From assembly GCA_965248445.1 (NCBI GenBank), contig CBDFJG010000002.1, positions 160,001 to 224,000 on the forward strand: 64,000 nt of DNA, written 5' to 3'. Positions 45,670-54,732 of this stretch are shown here, one piece after another. The translations under genes and the position numbers were made by a program. This stretch comes from Planctomycetota bacterium (GTDB lineage Bacteria > Planctomycetota > JAJSAM01 > JAJVHW01). The notes under the pieces were generated by a model. It saw only the letters and a list, made by a program, of their open reading frames with translations, was not told where the DNA came from and did not search any database. How positions within the stretch are numbered: position 1 is the stretch's first letter; every line of letters starts with the position of its first letter.

Positions 45670-48129
45670 TCAGTCGCCGTCGCCGCCGATCCTCTCACCG
45701 GCGAGCCCGTCGATGATGATGTCCGCCGTGGCCGCACTCGCCTCCCCCGCAGGAGGGGTCGTGAAGACGTAGACCCGGCCGTTGCGCGACTGACCGAACT
45801 CCGACGCGCCCACGCCGATGCTCGACACACCACCGATCACGATGGGATCGAGGAGCACGCGGAAGTCGTCGCCCGCGTTCTCGCCGAGCGCTACGCCGGT
45901 GCCGTTCACGACCGTCCCCGAGGACGGCAGCGGTGCGCCGAACAGGAACAGCCCGCCGCGGCCGCCCGCGTACGCGGGCGCGGTCGCCACGATCACCAGC
46001 TCGCCGGCGGGACCCAGCGGAGCGAGCCGGAGCGAGAACCCGAGTCGGTCGTTCGCACCGAACCCGGTGTACTTGCGGAAAGCCTGCGCGTTGGCGTCCC
46101 CCGAAGGGAAGTCGTCCGTGCCCTCGAACACGAAGATCTCGCCGGGATGCGAGTTGGTCGTGTCGGCGCCGTTGTTCGTGATGATGTCCGGCGTGCCGTC
46201 GCCGGTGACGTCGCCCACGACGATGTCGCGGCCGAACCCGTTGTTCGCCTGATCCGAACCCATGAAGTAGGCGTTGCGGGTGGAGGCGCTCCTGTCCACG
46301 ATCTGCCCCGTGTTGCCGCCGAAGAACACGTACACGGCTCCGGGATCACTCACGGTGTCCACCGCATCGGCGCCCACGACGATGTCGTCGACGCCGCTCT
46401 CGTCGACGTCGCCGATCCCGATGCCGGATCCGAACAGCCCGCCGACCGTCTGTCCCGTGATCTTCGCGTCCGCGTTCGCGGCGAGTGACGTGAACGTGCT
46501 CTCCGGAACTCCGAGGAACACGTATACGCGGCCCACATCGCCCCCGCCGCTCTCGGCCCCGCAGATCAGGTCCGTGATGCCGTCGCCGTTCACATCGCCG
46601 AGCGCGACGGCTTCGCCGAAACTGTCGTCCGCCACCTCGCCGGTGATCGTGAAGTCCGCGTCGCTAACCCCATCCGGGTTGAACCCCGGGCCGCCCAGGA
46701 AGATCAGGAGCTGGCCCGCCGGATCGTCCTCGGTGGCGGCGAGGAGATCCGCGATGCCGTCGTCGTCGACGTCGCCTACGTGGTAGCTGGCACCGAACTC
46801 ACCCAGCGAGGTTTGGCCCTCGATGATCACGTCGGCGTCGTCCGTGTCCGAGCCGTTCGCCGGCGGCCCGAAGAACACATAGAGCTCCCCTTGGCCGCTG
46901 ATTCCGGCGCTGGGCGCGGGGACGACGAAATCGTCGATGCCGTCGCCGTTGAGATCGAACTGCCCACCGGCTTCCGGCCCCGCGACGACGTACGAGCTGA
47001 AGCCGCTCACCTGCACCGAGATGATGCCGCTGGCCGCATCCGCCAGGTCGTACGGGCCCGGCACCAGGGAGATGTTCCCCTCAGCGTCGCGCGTGTAGAT
47101 CTCCAGATCGTCGAAGTCACCTGCGAGCGCGGCAGGGTCGAATGGAAGTTGTACGGTCACAAGCGATTCGAACACGAGCCCCTCGGGACCGAAGAAGACC
47201 GTCGGGCCGAGGCCGTCGCCCGCCGGCGGCACGAGTTCCGGCGCCGTCGCCACGACGACCACCGTGTCCTCGAGCACCGCGCCCGGCGGCACTTCCACGG
47301 CCGCTCCGTCGATCGCACCCTGTTCCGCGCCGGCCTCCACCAATCCGCCGTCCCCGGGCGTCACGATCACTCCGATGCCCTCGTCGTCCCCGGTCTCAGG
47401 ACCGATCACCTGGTCCCGGACATCGATCTTCCGCCTCTGCGACTTCGGCGCCTTGATCTTCACGGAGCCCTTCACGTCGCCCCCCGGTCCGTCATTGGCG
47501 GCGAACAGGCACTGTGCGCCGAACGTGTCGACGGCGTACCGCTTGATCGTGTGGCCCTTCTCGCCGGGGTCGGGAGCCGGCAAGACCTCCGAACCTCCGT
47601 CGTTGTCGAGACGGTCGAAGCGCGGATCGGCCGCCGATCTCTTGGACGGCTTGACCTTCATCGTGAGGAGCGCGCCGCTGTCCGCGTCGAACGTGATCTT
47701 CTTCTCGTCCGGCGTGTCGCCGAAAGTCAACGCGACCGGTTCCTTCTTGGGCGCCTTCCACTTGATCTTGATCTGGTAGTTGCCGGTGTCGGTGCTCGTG
47801 ACGGACACGCTGTACGTGTCCGTCTTCGTCACGGTCACTTTGGCTTTGGCCGCCTTGGACTTCGTGCTGCCGACGACGAGCGCGCCCTCGGAGTCGCGAA
47901 CCTCGACCGACACGACCGGCGGTTTGGTTCCCTTGCCCGCCTTCTTGCCCTTCGCCGTAACGGTGAGCTTCGACCCGGCCGGCACGTCGATCAGGAACGT
48001 CTCGGTCTCGGTCGGACCGATCGACCCGTCGACCTTGTCGCCGTTGCCGATCTGCACCGTCAGGTCCGCGCGCGCCGAGAGCGCAAGCGCGAGCACCGCC
48101 ACGAACGCGAGTGAGTGGATGCGTCGCAT
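45670..48129 (-). CDS. Secreted Lys-rich beta-sandwich + ZU5-like + FG-GAP/integrin-alpha propeller protein, copy C
   Basis: Colinear paralog; DLNGDGIDD, GDVDDDGIADL, GDVNGDGITDL, GDVTGDGTPDI. Confidence 0.85.
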   Translation of the reverse strand: MRRIHSLAFVAVLALALSARADLTVQIGNGDKVDGSIGPTETETFLIDVPAGSKLTVTAKGKKAGKGTKPPVVSVEVRDSEGALVVGSTKSKAAKAKVTVTKTDTYSVSVTSTDTGNYQIKIKWKAPKKEPVALTFGDTPDEKKITFDADSGALLTMKVKPSKRSAADPRFDRLDNDGGSEVLPAPDPGEKGHTIKRYAVDTFGAQCLFAANDGPGGDVKGSVKIKAPKSQRRKIDVRDQVIGPETGDDEGIGVIVTPGDGGLVEAGAEQGAIDGAAVEVPPGAVLEDTVVVVATAPELVPPAGDGLGPTVFFGPEGLVFESLVTVQLPFDPAALAGDFDDLEIYTRDAEGNISLVPGPYDLADAASGIISVQVSGFSSYVVAGPEAGGQFDLNGDGIDDFVVPAPSAGISGQGELYVFFGPPANGSDTDDADVIIEGQTSLGEFGASYHVGDVDDDGIADLLAATEDDPAGQLLIFLGGPGFNPDGVSDADFTITGEVADDSFGEAVALGDVNGDGITDLICGAESGGGDVGRVYVFLGVPESTFTSLAANADAKITGQTVGGLFGSGIGIGDVDESGVDDIVVGADAVDTVSDPGAVYVFFGGNTGQIVDRSASTRNAYFMGSDQANNGFGRDIVVGDVTGDGTPDIITNNGADTTNSHPGEIFVFEGTDDFPSGDANAQAFRKYTGFGANDRLGFSLRLAPLGPAGELVIVATAPAYAGGRGGLFLFGAPLPSSGTVVNGTGVALGENAGDDFRVLLDPIVIGGVSSIGVGASEFGQSRNGRVYVFTTPPAGEASAATADIIIDGLAGERIGGDGD

Positions 48130-48242
48130 CGCCACCTCCCCACGGAGAGTCTACTCCCCCCCCAACGGAGAGGCGGCGCGCGGAGGTTGTCCGCGCGCCG
48201 CCCGAAGGAGACAGACAGGAAGGGGAGACGAACAGGCGCCGG

Positions 48243-49787
48243 TCAGAAGACGCGGCTGTAGCGGTAGTAGACCTGCAGGCTGAGTGTCATGAGCGCCGTC
48301 GAGTACACGCGGCCGCCTTCGACACCCCACGGACCGACCGGGTCCCAGGAGCCGTACTCGTCACGGCCCTGCTCGAGGCGCTGGTGGTCGGCGATGGCCG
48401 ACTTCATGGCGCGGTTCCACTCCTTCCAGCGAGCACCGCCGATCTGGTGCATCGCGAGCGTGCCGTAGTACCAGTAGTACATGTCGATCGTGCCCGCATC
48501 GATGTCCCAGCGCGGGAGCTTCTTCTGCATGAGGTCGGCGCCCTTGGCGACGAGCTCGTTCTTCTCCGGGTCCTGTCCGCAGAAGACGCGCGTGAGCACA
48601 CCCACCGACGTGACCGACTCGGTCTGATCTGCGGGGAACTGATCGATCATGTCCGCCTGGCGAGCCGACGGGCCGCCGCGACGCTGGTAGCCCACGCGCC
48701 CGAACTCCGGCTCCGTCATCTTGTCGACCCATGCGAGCGCGCTGCGGAAGCTGCCCTCGTCGACTTGCAGCTCCGCGAGCTTCGCGGACTTGAGTGCCAT
48801 CACCATCCAGCCGGTGACGGACGTGTCGTTGTCGCCGTCGCGGACGCCGTAGCGCCACGCCATGTACGGATTCTGCGAGTTGTGGATGAAGTTGACGGCG
48901 CGCTGCGCGGGGCCTCTCAGCACCCGGCTGCCCGTGACGCCGTACGCCTCGGCGAGCGCCATCGTGGCGATCGCGTGCGAGTACTGATAGCCGTGCCCGG
49001 TGCGCGGTCCGATGCAGCCCTCCGCGTCCTGGATCGACACCAGGTAGCGCAGACCGCTCTTCACCGTGTCCTTGTACCGGCCGGCCGACTGCGTGTCGCC
49101 TTGAGCGAGGAACGCCAGCAGTGCGAGTCCCGTGACTCCGGGATCGTGCACAGCGTTGCCGGGACCCGAGCACTGGTTGAGCTTGCACTGATCGGCGAAC
49201 CCGTCGCAGTCCCAGGAGCCGTTGGGTGCCTGGTGGTTCGAGAGCCACGACAGCGCGCGATCGACCTCGGGCTCCGTGCCGTAGCCCTTGCCGCCGCCGC
49301 CGGAGCCGTTCTTGTTGGCGCCGAGACCGCGCTTGCCCCACGCGCCGCCCGCGTCGACACCAATTCCGATGGCCGCGTTCTGACCCGCTTCGTCGAACGG
49401 CGCGATGGCGGAGAAGTCGGGGTCACCTGCGGTGACGTCGTCGACCTCTTGGTCCACACTCGCCTCGATGTCAGGAGGCAGATCCAGGACGTCGTCCTCG
49501 ACACGCTTGTCGACCTTCGTCGGGTCGGGCTCGATGTTCTTCGGCGGCACCACGGGATCGTCGAGATCCACTTTCTCCGTCGGCATGTGCGCAATGACGC
49601 TAGGCGCCACGTGGGGCAGCGCACCGTCGCCCGTGGGCATGAGGAGAAGCAGCCCGATCAACGCTCCGTGGAATGCGACAGAGGCTCCGATCCACGGCGC
49701 GTTCTTCATCTGCGCGTAGAGGATCTCGTCGAACGATTCGGACTCTTGCGGCAACCGCCCGCGAATCAGTAGCTGGTCGTTGTGCAT
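48243..49787 (-). CDS. Membrane-anchored prenyltransferase/squalene-oxidase (alpha/alpha toroid) repeat protein
   Basis: N-terminal TM (APWIGASVAFHGAL), ALSWLSNHQAPNGSW, TGLALLAFL, DTSVTGW, YYWYYGT, GSWDP...GGRVYST. Confidence 0.85.
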   Translation of the reverse strand: MHNDQLLIRGRLPQESESFDEILYAQMKNAPWIGASVAFHGALIGLLLLMPTGDGALPHVAPSVIAHMPTEKVDLDDPVVPPKNIEPDPTKVDKRVEDDVLDLPPDIEASVDQEVDDVTAGDPDFSAIAPFDEAGQNAAIGIGVDAGGAWGKRGLGANKNGSGGGGKGYGTEPEVDRALSWLSNHQAPNGSWDCDGFADQCKLNQCSGPGNAVHDPGVTGLALLAFLAQGDTQSAGRYKDTVKSGLRYLVSIQDAEGCIGPRTGHGYQYSHAIATMALAEAYGVTGSRVLRGPAQRAVNFIHNSQNPYMAWRYGVRDGDNDTSVTGWMVMALKSAKLAELQVDEGSFRSALAWVDKMTEPEFGRVGYQRRGGPSARQADMIDQFPADQTESVTSVGVLTRVFCGQDPEKNELVAKGADLMQKKLPRWDIDAGTIDMYYWYYGTLAMHQIGGARWKEWNRAMKSAIADHQRLEQGRDEYGSWDPVGPWGVEGGRVYSTALMTLSLQVYYRYSRVF

Positions 49788-49864
49788 GGTCGTCTCCCGA
49801 CGGTTTGGCGGCTCATCCGCCGTTTGTTTCCTGCCGGGGCGCCCCGGACGATCCAGCCCTACAC

Positions 49865-49889
49865 AACGGAGCGCTGTCGCAAGGGTTCA
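49865..49889 (-). promoter_or_regulatory. Possible ECF-sigma promoter TGAAC-N16-CGTT
   Basis: GAAC at 49888-49885 and CGTT at 49868-49865 upstream of 49787; resembles generic ECF consensus only. Confidence 0.3.
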
Positions 49890-49918
49890 CAGGAGCGCGA
49901 AATCAGGCTTCCGCGGGC

Positions 49919-50482
49919 TCACTTGAACAACTTCTGGACGTCCTTGAACTGCGGGTGCTTTGCGTCGCGCATCAGCTCGAAGCTGGCGGACTCGCTGGTC
50001 GTGAGTACGGCGCCGGCGCGTTCCATGCGGCGCAGCGCGACTTCGCGGTCGGTCTCGCGGCCATCGCGGGAAAGCACCGCGTCCACGGCGACGTGCGTCT
50101 CGAATCCCGCGGCGAGGAGATCGTGCACGGTCTGACTGACGCACACGTGCGTCTCGATCCCGCAGACGAGCACGGAGCGTGTCTCTGCCGCGCGGAGCGC
50201 CTCGGGAATGGCGCTGCAGCCGAACGCGCTGAAGCACGTCTTGTCCGGGATCGCCCCACCGATCGCTCCGCGCAGCGGCTCGACGGTGGCGCCGAGGCCG
50301 CGCGGATACTGCTCGGTCGCGAGCACGGGCAGGCCCAGCAAATGGAACGCCTTCGCGAGGCGTTCGCAGGCGCCGGTGAGTCGATCGAACGCAGACATCG
50401 TGGGCGCAAACCGCTCCTGCACGTCCACCACCACGAGTGCGGTGCGTTGCGGGTGGAGGAGTCCGGGTGTCGGCGCCTGCAT
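49919..50482 (-). CDS. Isochorismatase-family hydrolase
   Basis: ALVVVDVQERF, TEQYPRGLG, DKTCFSA, GIETHVCVSQT. Confidence 0.93.
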   Translation of the reverse strand: MQAPTPGLLHPQRTALVVVDVQERFAPTMSAFDRLTGACERLAKAFHLLGLPVLATEQYPRGLGATVEPLRGAIGGAIPDKTCFSAFGCSAIPEALRAAETRSVLVCGIETHVCVSQTVHDLLAAGFETHVAVDAVLSRDGRETDREVALRRMERAGAVLTTSESASFELMRDAKHPQFKDVQKLFK

Positions 50483-50534
50483 CCCGCCGTTCTATCCGAC
50501 CCGCGGCGGGCCCTCCTCGGGATACCGTGACCGC

Positions 50535-51185
50535 GTGCCGCTCCTCACCGCCCGCTCCCTCCGCGTCGCAGCCGGAGGTCACGTCCTGATCGACGCTCTT
50601 GACCTCGACATCGCAGCGGGGAGTGGAGTCGCGATCACCGGACCGTCGGGCAGCGGCAAGACCACACTCCTCCGCGCGCTCGCCGCGCTGGACCAGCCGG
50701 ACGGAGGCGAGATCCGGCTGCGCGGTCGGACACCGGCGGAACTGGGATTCACGTCGTACAGGCGGGTCGTTCACTACGTGCCGGCCGCGCCCGTGTTCTC
50801 CGGCGAGACGGTCGACGACTCGCTGCGAAGGGTGTTCGCGTTCGCTTGCGCCGAGCGATCGTACGACCCGTCGCAGGCACGCTCACTCCTGGATCTGCTC
50901 CACTTGCCGGCGGACATCCTGGAGCGGCAGCCCACGGCTCTATCGACCGGCGAGCGGCAGCGTCTGGCCGTGGCACGAGCCGGTCTGATCACCCCACAGG
51001 TCCTGCTGCTCGACGAGCCGACGTCCGCGCTGGACGAGACGGCGCGTAGTGCGGTCGAGGGTCTGGTGCGCGAAGCCATGCGGCGCGGCGCAGGCGTGGT
51101 CTGCGTGACCCACGACGCGGCGCAGGCGGAGCGGCTGGGCCTGACCCGGGTGGCACCGACCGCTGCGGAGATGTCGCGTGCCTGA
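50535..51185 (+). CDS. ABC transporter ATP-binding protein (FetA/YbbL-like)
   Basis: GPSGSGKT, LSTGERQR, LLLDEPTSALD, VTHD. Confidence 0.9.
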   Translation: MPLLTARSLRVAAGGHVLIDALDLDIAAGSGVAITGPSGSGKTTLLRALAALDQPDGGEIRLRGRTPAELGFTSYRRVVHYVPAAPVFSGETVDDSLRRVFAFACAERSYDPSQARSLLDLLHLPADILERQPTALSTGERQRLAVARAGLITPQVLLLDEPTSALDETARSAVEGLVREAMRRGAGVVCVTHDAAQAERLGLTRVAPTAAEMSRA

Positions 51186-51981
51186 AGGCGCGATCTCACT
51201 CGGCCCGTGGCAACTCGCGATGGCGGCAGTGCTCGTGCTCGTCGCCGGTGGCGTGAGCATCGCGCTCAGACTCGGTATGGAGAAACGGCTGTTCGTCGCT
51301 GCGTCGCGAACGGTCGTGCAACTCCTGCTCGTCGGCTACGTGCTCCGCTTCGTGTTCGATCTGGACACCGCACCGGCAGTGCTGGGCGTGGCGTTGTTGA
51401 TGATCCTCGCAGCCGCCGTCAACGCCGTACGGCGTTCCTCGCGCACGTTCAAAGGTGCCACGTACGCGGCGTTCGGGACGCTCGTGCTCTCCGCGCTCGT
51501 CACCACCGTGACGGTCACGGCGTTCGTCGTGCGCGTAGAGCCCTGGTACGAACCGCAGTACCTGGTCCCGCTGCTCGGCATGGCGCTCGGGAACGCGCTC
51601 ACTGGCATCTCGCTGTGCCTCGACTCGCTGCTCGAGGCGTTCGACCGCGGGCGGCCGGGCATCGAGGCGGATCTCTCACTCGGCGCATCTGCCTGGGAAG
51701 CGGCGCGCGATCCTGTGAAGGAGGCTGTGCGCCGCGGCCTGATCCCGATCATCAACTCGATGTCGGTCGCCGGTATCGTCTCGCTGCCCGGGATGATGAC
51801 CGGGCAGATCCTCGCCGGCGCCGATCCGGTGGAGGCGGTGAAGTACCAGGTCGTCGTGATGTTCCTGATCTCGGCCGCCACCGCGCTCGGCTGCGTGCTG
51901 CTTGCAATGGCGATCGTGAGGCTCGCGTTCGACGCAGCCGGACGGCTCCGGCACGACCTCGTCGTGAGCCGCCGGAGCTGA
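51178..51981 (+). CDS. fetB: Iron export ABC permease FetB (YbbM/UPF0014)
   Basis: RTVVQLLLVGY, PWYEPQYLVP, GIVSLPGMMTGQILAG.DP..AVKYQ. Confidence 0.9.
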   Translation: MPEGAISLGPWQLAMAAVLVLVAGGVSIALRLGMEKRLFVAASRTVVQLLLVGYVLRFVFDLDTAPAVLGVALLMILAAAVNAVRRSSRTFKGATYAAFGTLVLSALVTTVTVTAFVVRVEPWYEPQYLVPLLGMALGNALTGISLCLDSLLEAFDRGRPGIEADLSLGASAWEAARDPVKEAVRRGLIPIINSMSVAGIVSLPGMMTGQILAGADPVEAVKYQVVVMFLISAATALGCVLLAMAIVRLAFDAAGRLRHDLVVSRRS

Positions 51982-53334
51982 CTACTCGCGCAATTCCGCC
52001 CGGCAGCGCTCGAACACCTCGAGATACGTCTCGACGGCGTTGCCCCACTTGGGGAGATCCCGCTCGCCGGCCATGAGTGCCGCGGCGCCGGCGCCCTTCG
52101 CGACCTTGTCGGGGTGCAGGACGAAGTTGCCGGGCGATACGGTGAACGTCTTCACGACCTCCAGCCCGCGCGTGTACAGCTTCTCGTGCTGCTTGCACGT
52201 CAGTCCGGGATACAGCGGACACGCGCCGCCCTCGCCCGTCGCGTGCGGCTCGTCCATGGCGTCGCCCGGATCGTGCCCCATCACGACAACCATGTTCGCG
52301 TTGCAGTACGCCACGAACCGAGGGTCGGTGTAGCACTGGGCGCGGGTGCGGTCGCACTGCCCGCACGTGTCGAACAGCAGCGACAGGAATATAGGGACGC
52401 GGCGGCGCTTGGCCTCGGCCACCGCGGCCTCGAAGTCCGTCGCGAGCTTCAGTTGCGCCGTGTCGGAACTGGTCCGCGACGCGCGCTCGGGTGAGGGGTC
52501 CGTCATCACGCAGCGCAGGCCCACACTGCGTTCGGCCACGCCCATCGGCTGTACGCACATGTCGAGCACGCGCAGGTTCAGCGGATGCGGAGAGACCCAC
52601 GAGCCGCCCTTGATCATCACGGGCATCGGCTCACCGGTCCGTGTCCGCCGGCCGGGCATCGCGACGCGCTCGTAGACGTTGCCCGCCATGTCGTGGCAGC
52701 CGTACGGAGAGACGCCGGCCGGATGGGACCCGACGGCTTCGGGTCCCCGCGGAGCAGGAGAGCCGAAGTTGGCGCGGGTCAGATCGGGCAATTCGTCACC
52801 CCACGGATAGACGCGACCCTCTGGGCCGCTCGCCGCTTTCTCCCACTGCACGCGGGACGGCAAGGCTCCTCCGGCCCACTTCGCGAACGCGACCGCACCA
52901 GCGCCGGTGGCCGCGGTGACAGGGAAGCGCGCGTGGCCCGGCGTCGCGCGCCACGTGTTCTCGTGGCGTTCGAGTCCCGGCACAGTGGCGTCGATGAGTC
53001 CCGCCGCGTCGTCGCGCGCGTTCAGGAATCGCGCGAAGCGCGCGTTGGTGACCTCGTACTTGTCGATGAAGAACGACTCCACCTCGATCGGCTCCGCGTC
53101 CGCCGTGGTCCCCATGCCCTCGTACGGCCGCTGCTGATACTCGCCGCGCGGGACGCGCACGACCACGGCTCCATCCTTGACGCGGTACCACTCCTCGGCG
53201 CCTTGCTCGTTGACGCGCAGGAACAGCGGGGCCTTGACGCTATCCGGCGGATCGGGCGCGCGCTCGGCCTCCTGGGCCACGGCGGGAACGGCGGAGAGTG
53301 TGAGGACAAGGACGGCGATGGTGAAGCGCTGCAT
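51982..53334 (-). CDS. Secreted FGE-sulfatase (SUMF1/EgtB/PvdO) fold protein with C-terminal thioredoxin-like domain
   Basis: FFIDKYEVTN, LPS..QWEKAA, YPWG, SPYGCHDMAGNV, KGGSW, GLRC; then FEAAVAEAKRRRVPIF...CGQC. Confidence 0.85.
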   Translation of the reverse strand: MQRFTIAVLVLTLSAVPAVAQEAERAPDPPDSVKAPLFLRVNEQGAEEWYRVKDGAVVVRVPRGEYQQRPYEGMGTTADAEPIEVESFFIDKYEVTNARFARFLNARDDAAGLIDATVPGLERHENTWRATPGHARFPVTAATGAGAVAFAKWAGGALPSRVQWEKAASGPEGRVYPWGDELPDLTRANFGSPAPRGPEAVGSHPAGVSPYGCHDMAGNVYERVAMPGRRTRTGEPMPVMIKGGSWVSPHPLNLRVLDMCVQPMGVAERSVGLRCVMTDPSPERASRTSSDTAQLKLATDFEAAVAEAKRRRVPIFLSLLFDTCGQCDRTRAQCYTDPRFVAYCNANMVVVMGHDPGDAMDEPHATGEGGACPLYPGLTCKQHEKLYTRGLEVVKTFTVSPGNFVLHPDKVAKGAGAAALMAGERDLPKWGNAVETYLEVFERCRAELRE

Positions 53335-53357
53335 GCGGCGAGCTTACGGCCTGCCGG

Positions 53358-54641
53358 TCACTCGTCCGCGAGTTGGATCTCGATCCCCGTGAAGTCGACG
53401 CGGCAGTCGTCGAATGCGAGGCCGAGCGCTCCGGCGGGGATGCTGAGGTCCTCGATCGTCTCACCCCCGATCCAGATCTTCATTCCGCCGGGCCCCGTTG
53501 TTGGGATCTGGGGCCGCTCGGCGACGACGCGGATCGGGCTCGGCCCCACCGCCGTGCCGGAGCGGAGCGTGATCCACTTCCCGTCCTTCATCCGGTCGAT
53601 ACGCCAGGTCTCCGAACGTCCGTCGCGACCGATCACGAGCAGGACGGTGTAGTCACGCGGTGCCACATGAGAGAGCAGCAGACCGGCCTTGAACCGGCCC
53701 TTCGGCGCGGGCCTGAGAAGAGCTGCGATACGGCGCGCGGGGCTGCGCGTGCGGCAGGTACTGACCACTCGGGCGTGCCCGCGAACGTGGTGCGCCCCGC
53801 GGGCGTCCCACTCCACGAAGACCGGGGTCAGCGGCTCCTGCACGGTCGCCAGCCACTCGCGGAACGCGGGCAGGAGCTTCTTCTCCTTGCCGAACAGCTT
53901 GAAGAAGCCCTTCGCGTCGATCCGGCTGCCGCGGTCGAGCTTCCTCGAGAGCGTGTCGAACTTCTTGCGCAGCTTGCCCTCGTTCGCGGTCATCAGGTAG
54001 CGGACCAGAAACATCGCCGGAGGTCGCGACGCGGAGTCGGCGTCGATGAGCCCGGCGAGCGAGAACGACTCCGCGCCGACCTCCTCGAGTGCCTTGCCTG
54101 CCCGGTCCTCGAGTGACAACAACGGCGTCACTCCGGTGCGCAGTGTCTCGCCGTCCCAGGTGTGGCTGCCGAGGTGCTCCGCCACGCCTTCGATGTACCA
54201 CGAGCCGTGCGGCTTCTCGTGGCGAGTGCGGGCGAAGTAGTGGAACTGGTGGGCGGCCTCGTGCAGCAGCAGGTTGCGCGTGTACCAGGCGGAGGGCTGC
54301 CGCTTCAGGTACGCGGTCTTCGCGACCGGGCAGTAGTAGCCGCCAGACGACGGAGCCGCGCCGCCTCCGGACTGGATCGCGTCGCGGAACGCGGGATCGT
54401 CCTCGAAGACGGCGACACGCAGCCGCTCGCCGTCGTCGAGCTCCGGCGTCGCGCCGAAGAACTCCCCGTACTGCGGCCACGCCGCCTCGAGCACACGGCC
54501 CCACTCGCGTGCCTCCGCCGCGTCCCCCGAAGTGCTGAGTGAGTAGTGCTCCGTCTCCTCGACCGAGCGCCCGGCCTCCTGGCCTCCGCAGGGCGCTGCC
54601 AGGGAGAGGAGCAGAGCAAGCGAGCCGGGGAGGCGGGTCAC
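53358..54641 (-). CDS. Secreted gluzincin-like HExxH protein (DUF1570/peptidase-MA-like)
   Basis: LLHEAAHQF (54249-54263) and WYIEGVAE. GTG 54641 is supported by TACCCT 6 nt upstream. Confidence 0.75.
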   Translation of the reverse strand: MTRLPGSLALLLSLAAPCGGQEAGRSVEETEHYSLSTSGDAAEAREWGRVLEAAWPQYGEFFGATPELDDGERLRVAVFEDDPAFRDAIQSGGGAAPSSGGYYCPVAKTAYLKRQPSAWYTRNLLLHEAAHQFHYFARTRHEKPHGSWYIEGVAEHLGSHTWDGETLRTGVTPLLSLEDRAGKALEEVGAESFSLAGLIDADSASRPPAMFLVRYLMTANEGKLRKKFDTLSRKLDRGSRIDAKGFFKLFGKEKKLLPAFREWLATVQEPLTPVFVEWDARGAHHVRGHARVVSTCRTRSPARRIAALLRPAPKGRFKAGLLLSHVAPRDYTVLLVIGRDGRSETWRIDRMKDGKWITLRSGTAVGPSPIRVVAERPQIPTTGPGGMKIWIGGETIEDLSIPAGALGLAFDDCRVDFTGIEIQLADE

Positions 54642-54732
54642 GCTCAGAGGGTACCGCCGGTCAGGCTCAAGCAGACGCCCCCCCGGTCCCGATGGATTCA
54701 ACAGGACTGGCTGCACCAGGAGAGAGAGACCC

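Noticed and set aside
40645..48129. Triplet as a DGR target, invertible shufflon or assembly artefact
   Set aside because: No reverse transcriptase, recombinase or inverted sites seen; copies differ by many synonymous and non-synonymous changes throughout
48243..49787. Squalene-hopene cyclase
   Set aside because: Single toroid domain after a TM anchor and acidic linker; DxDDTA motif absent (DNDTS instead)
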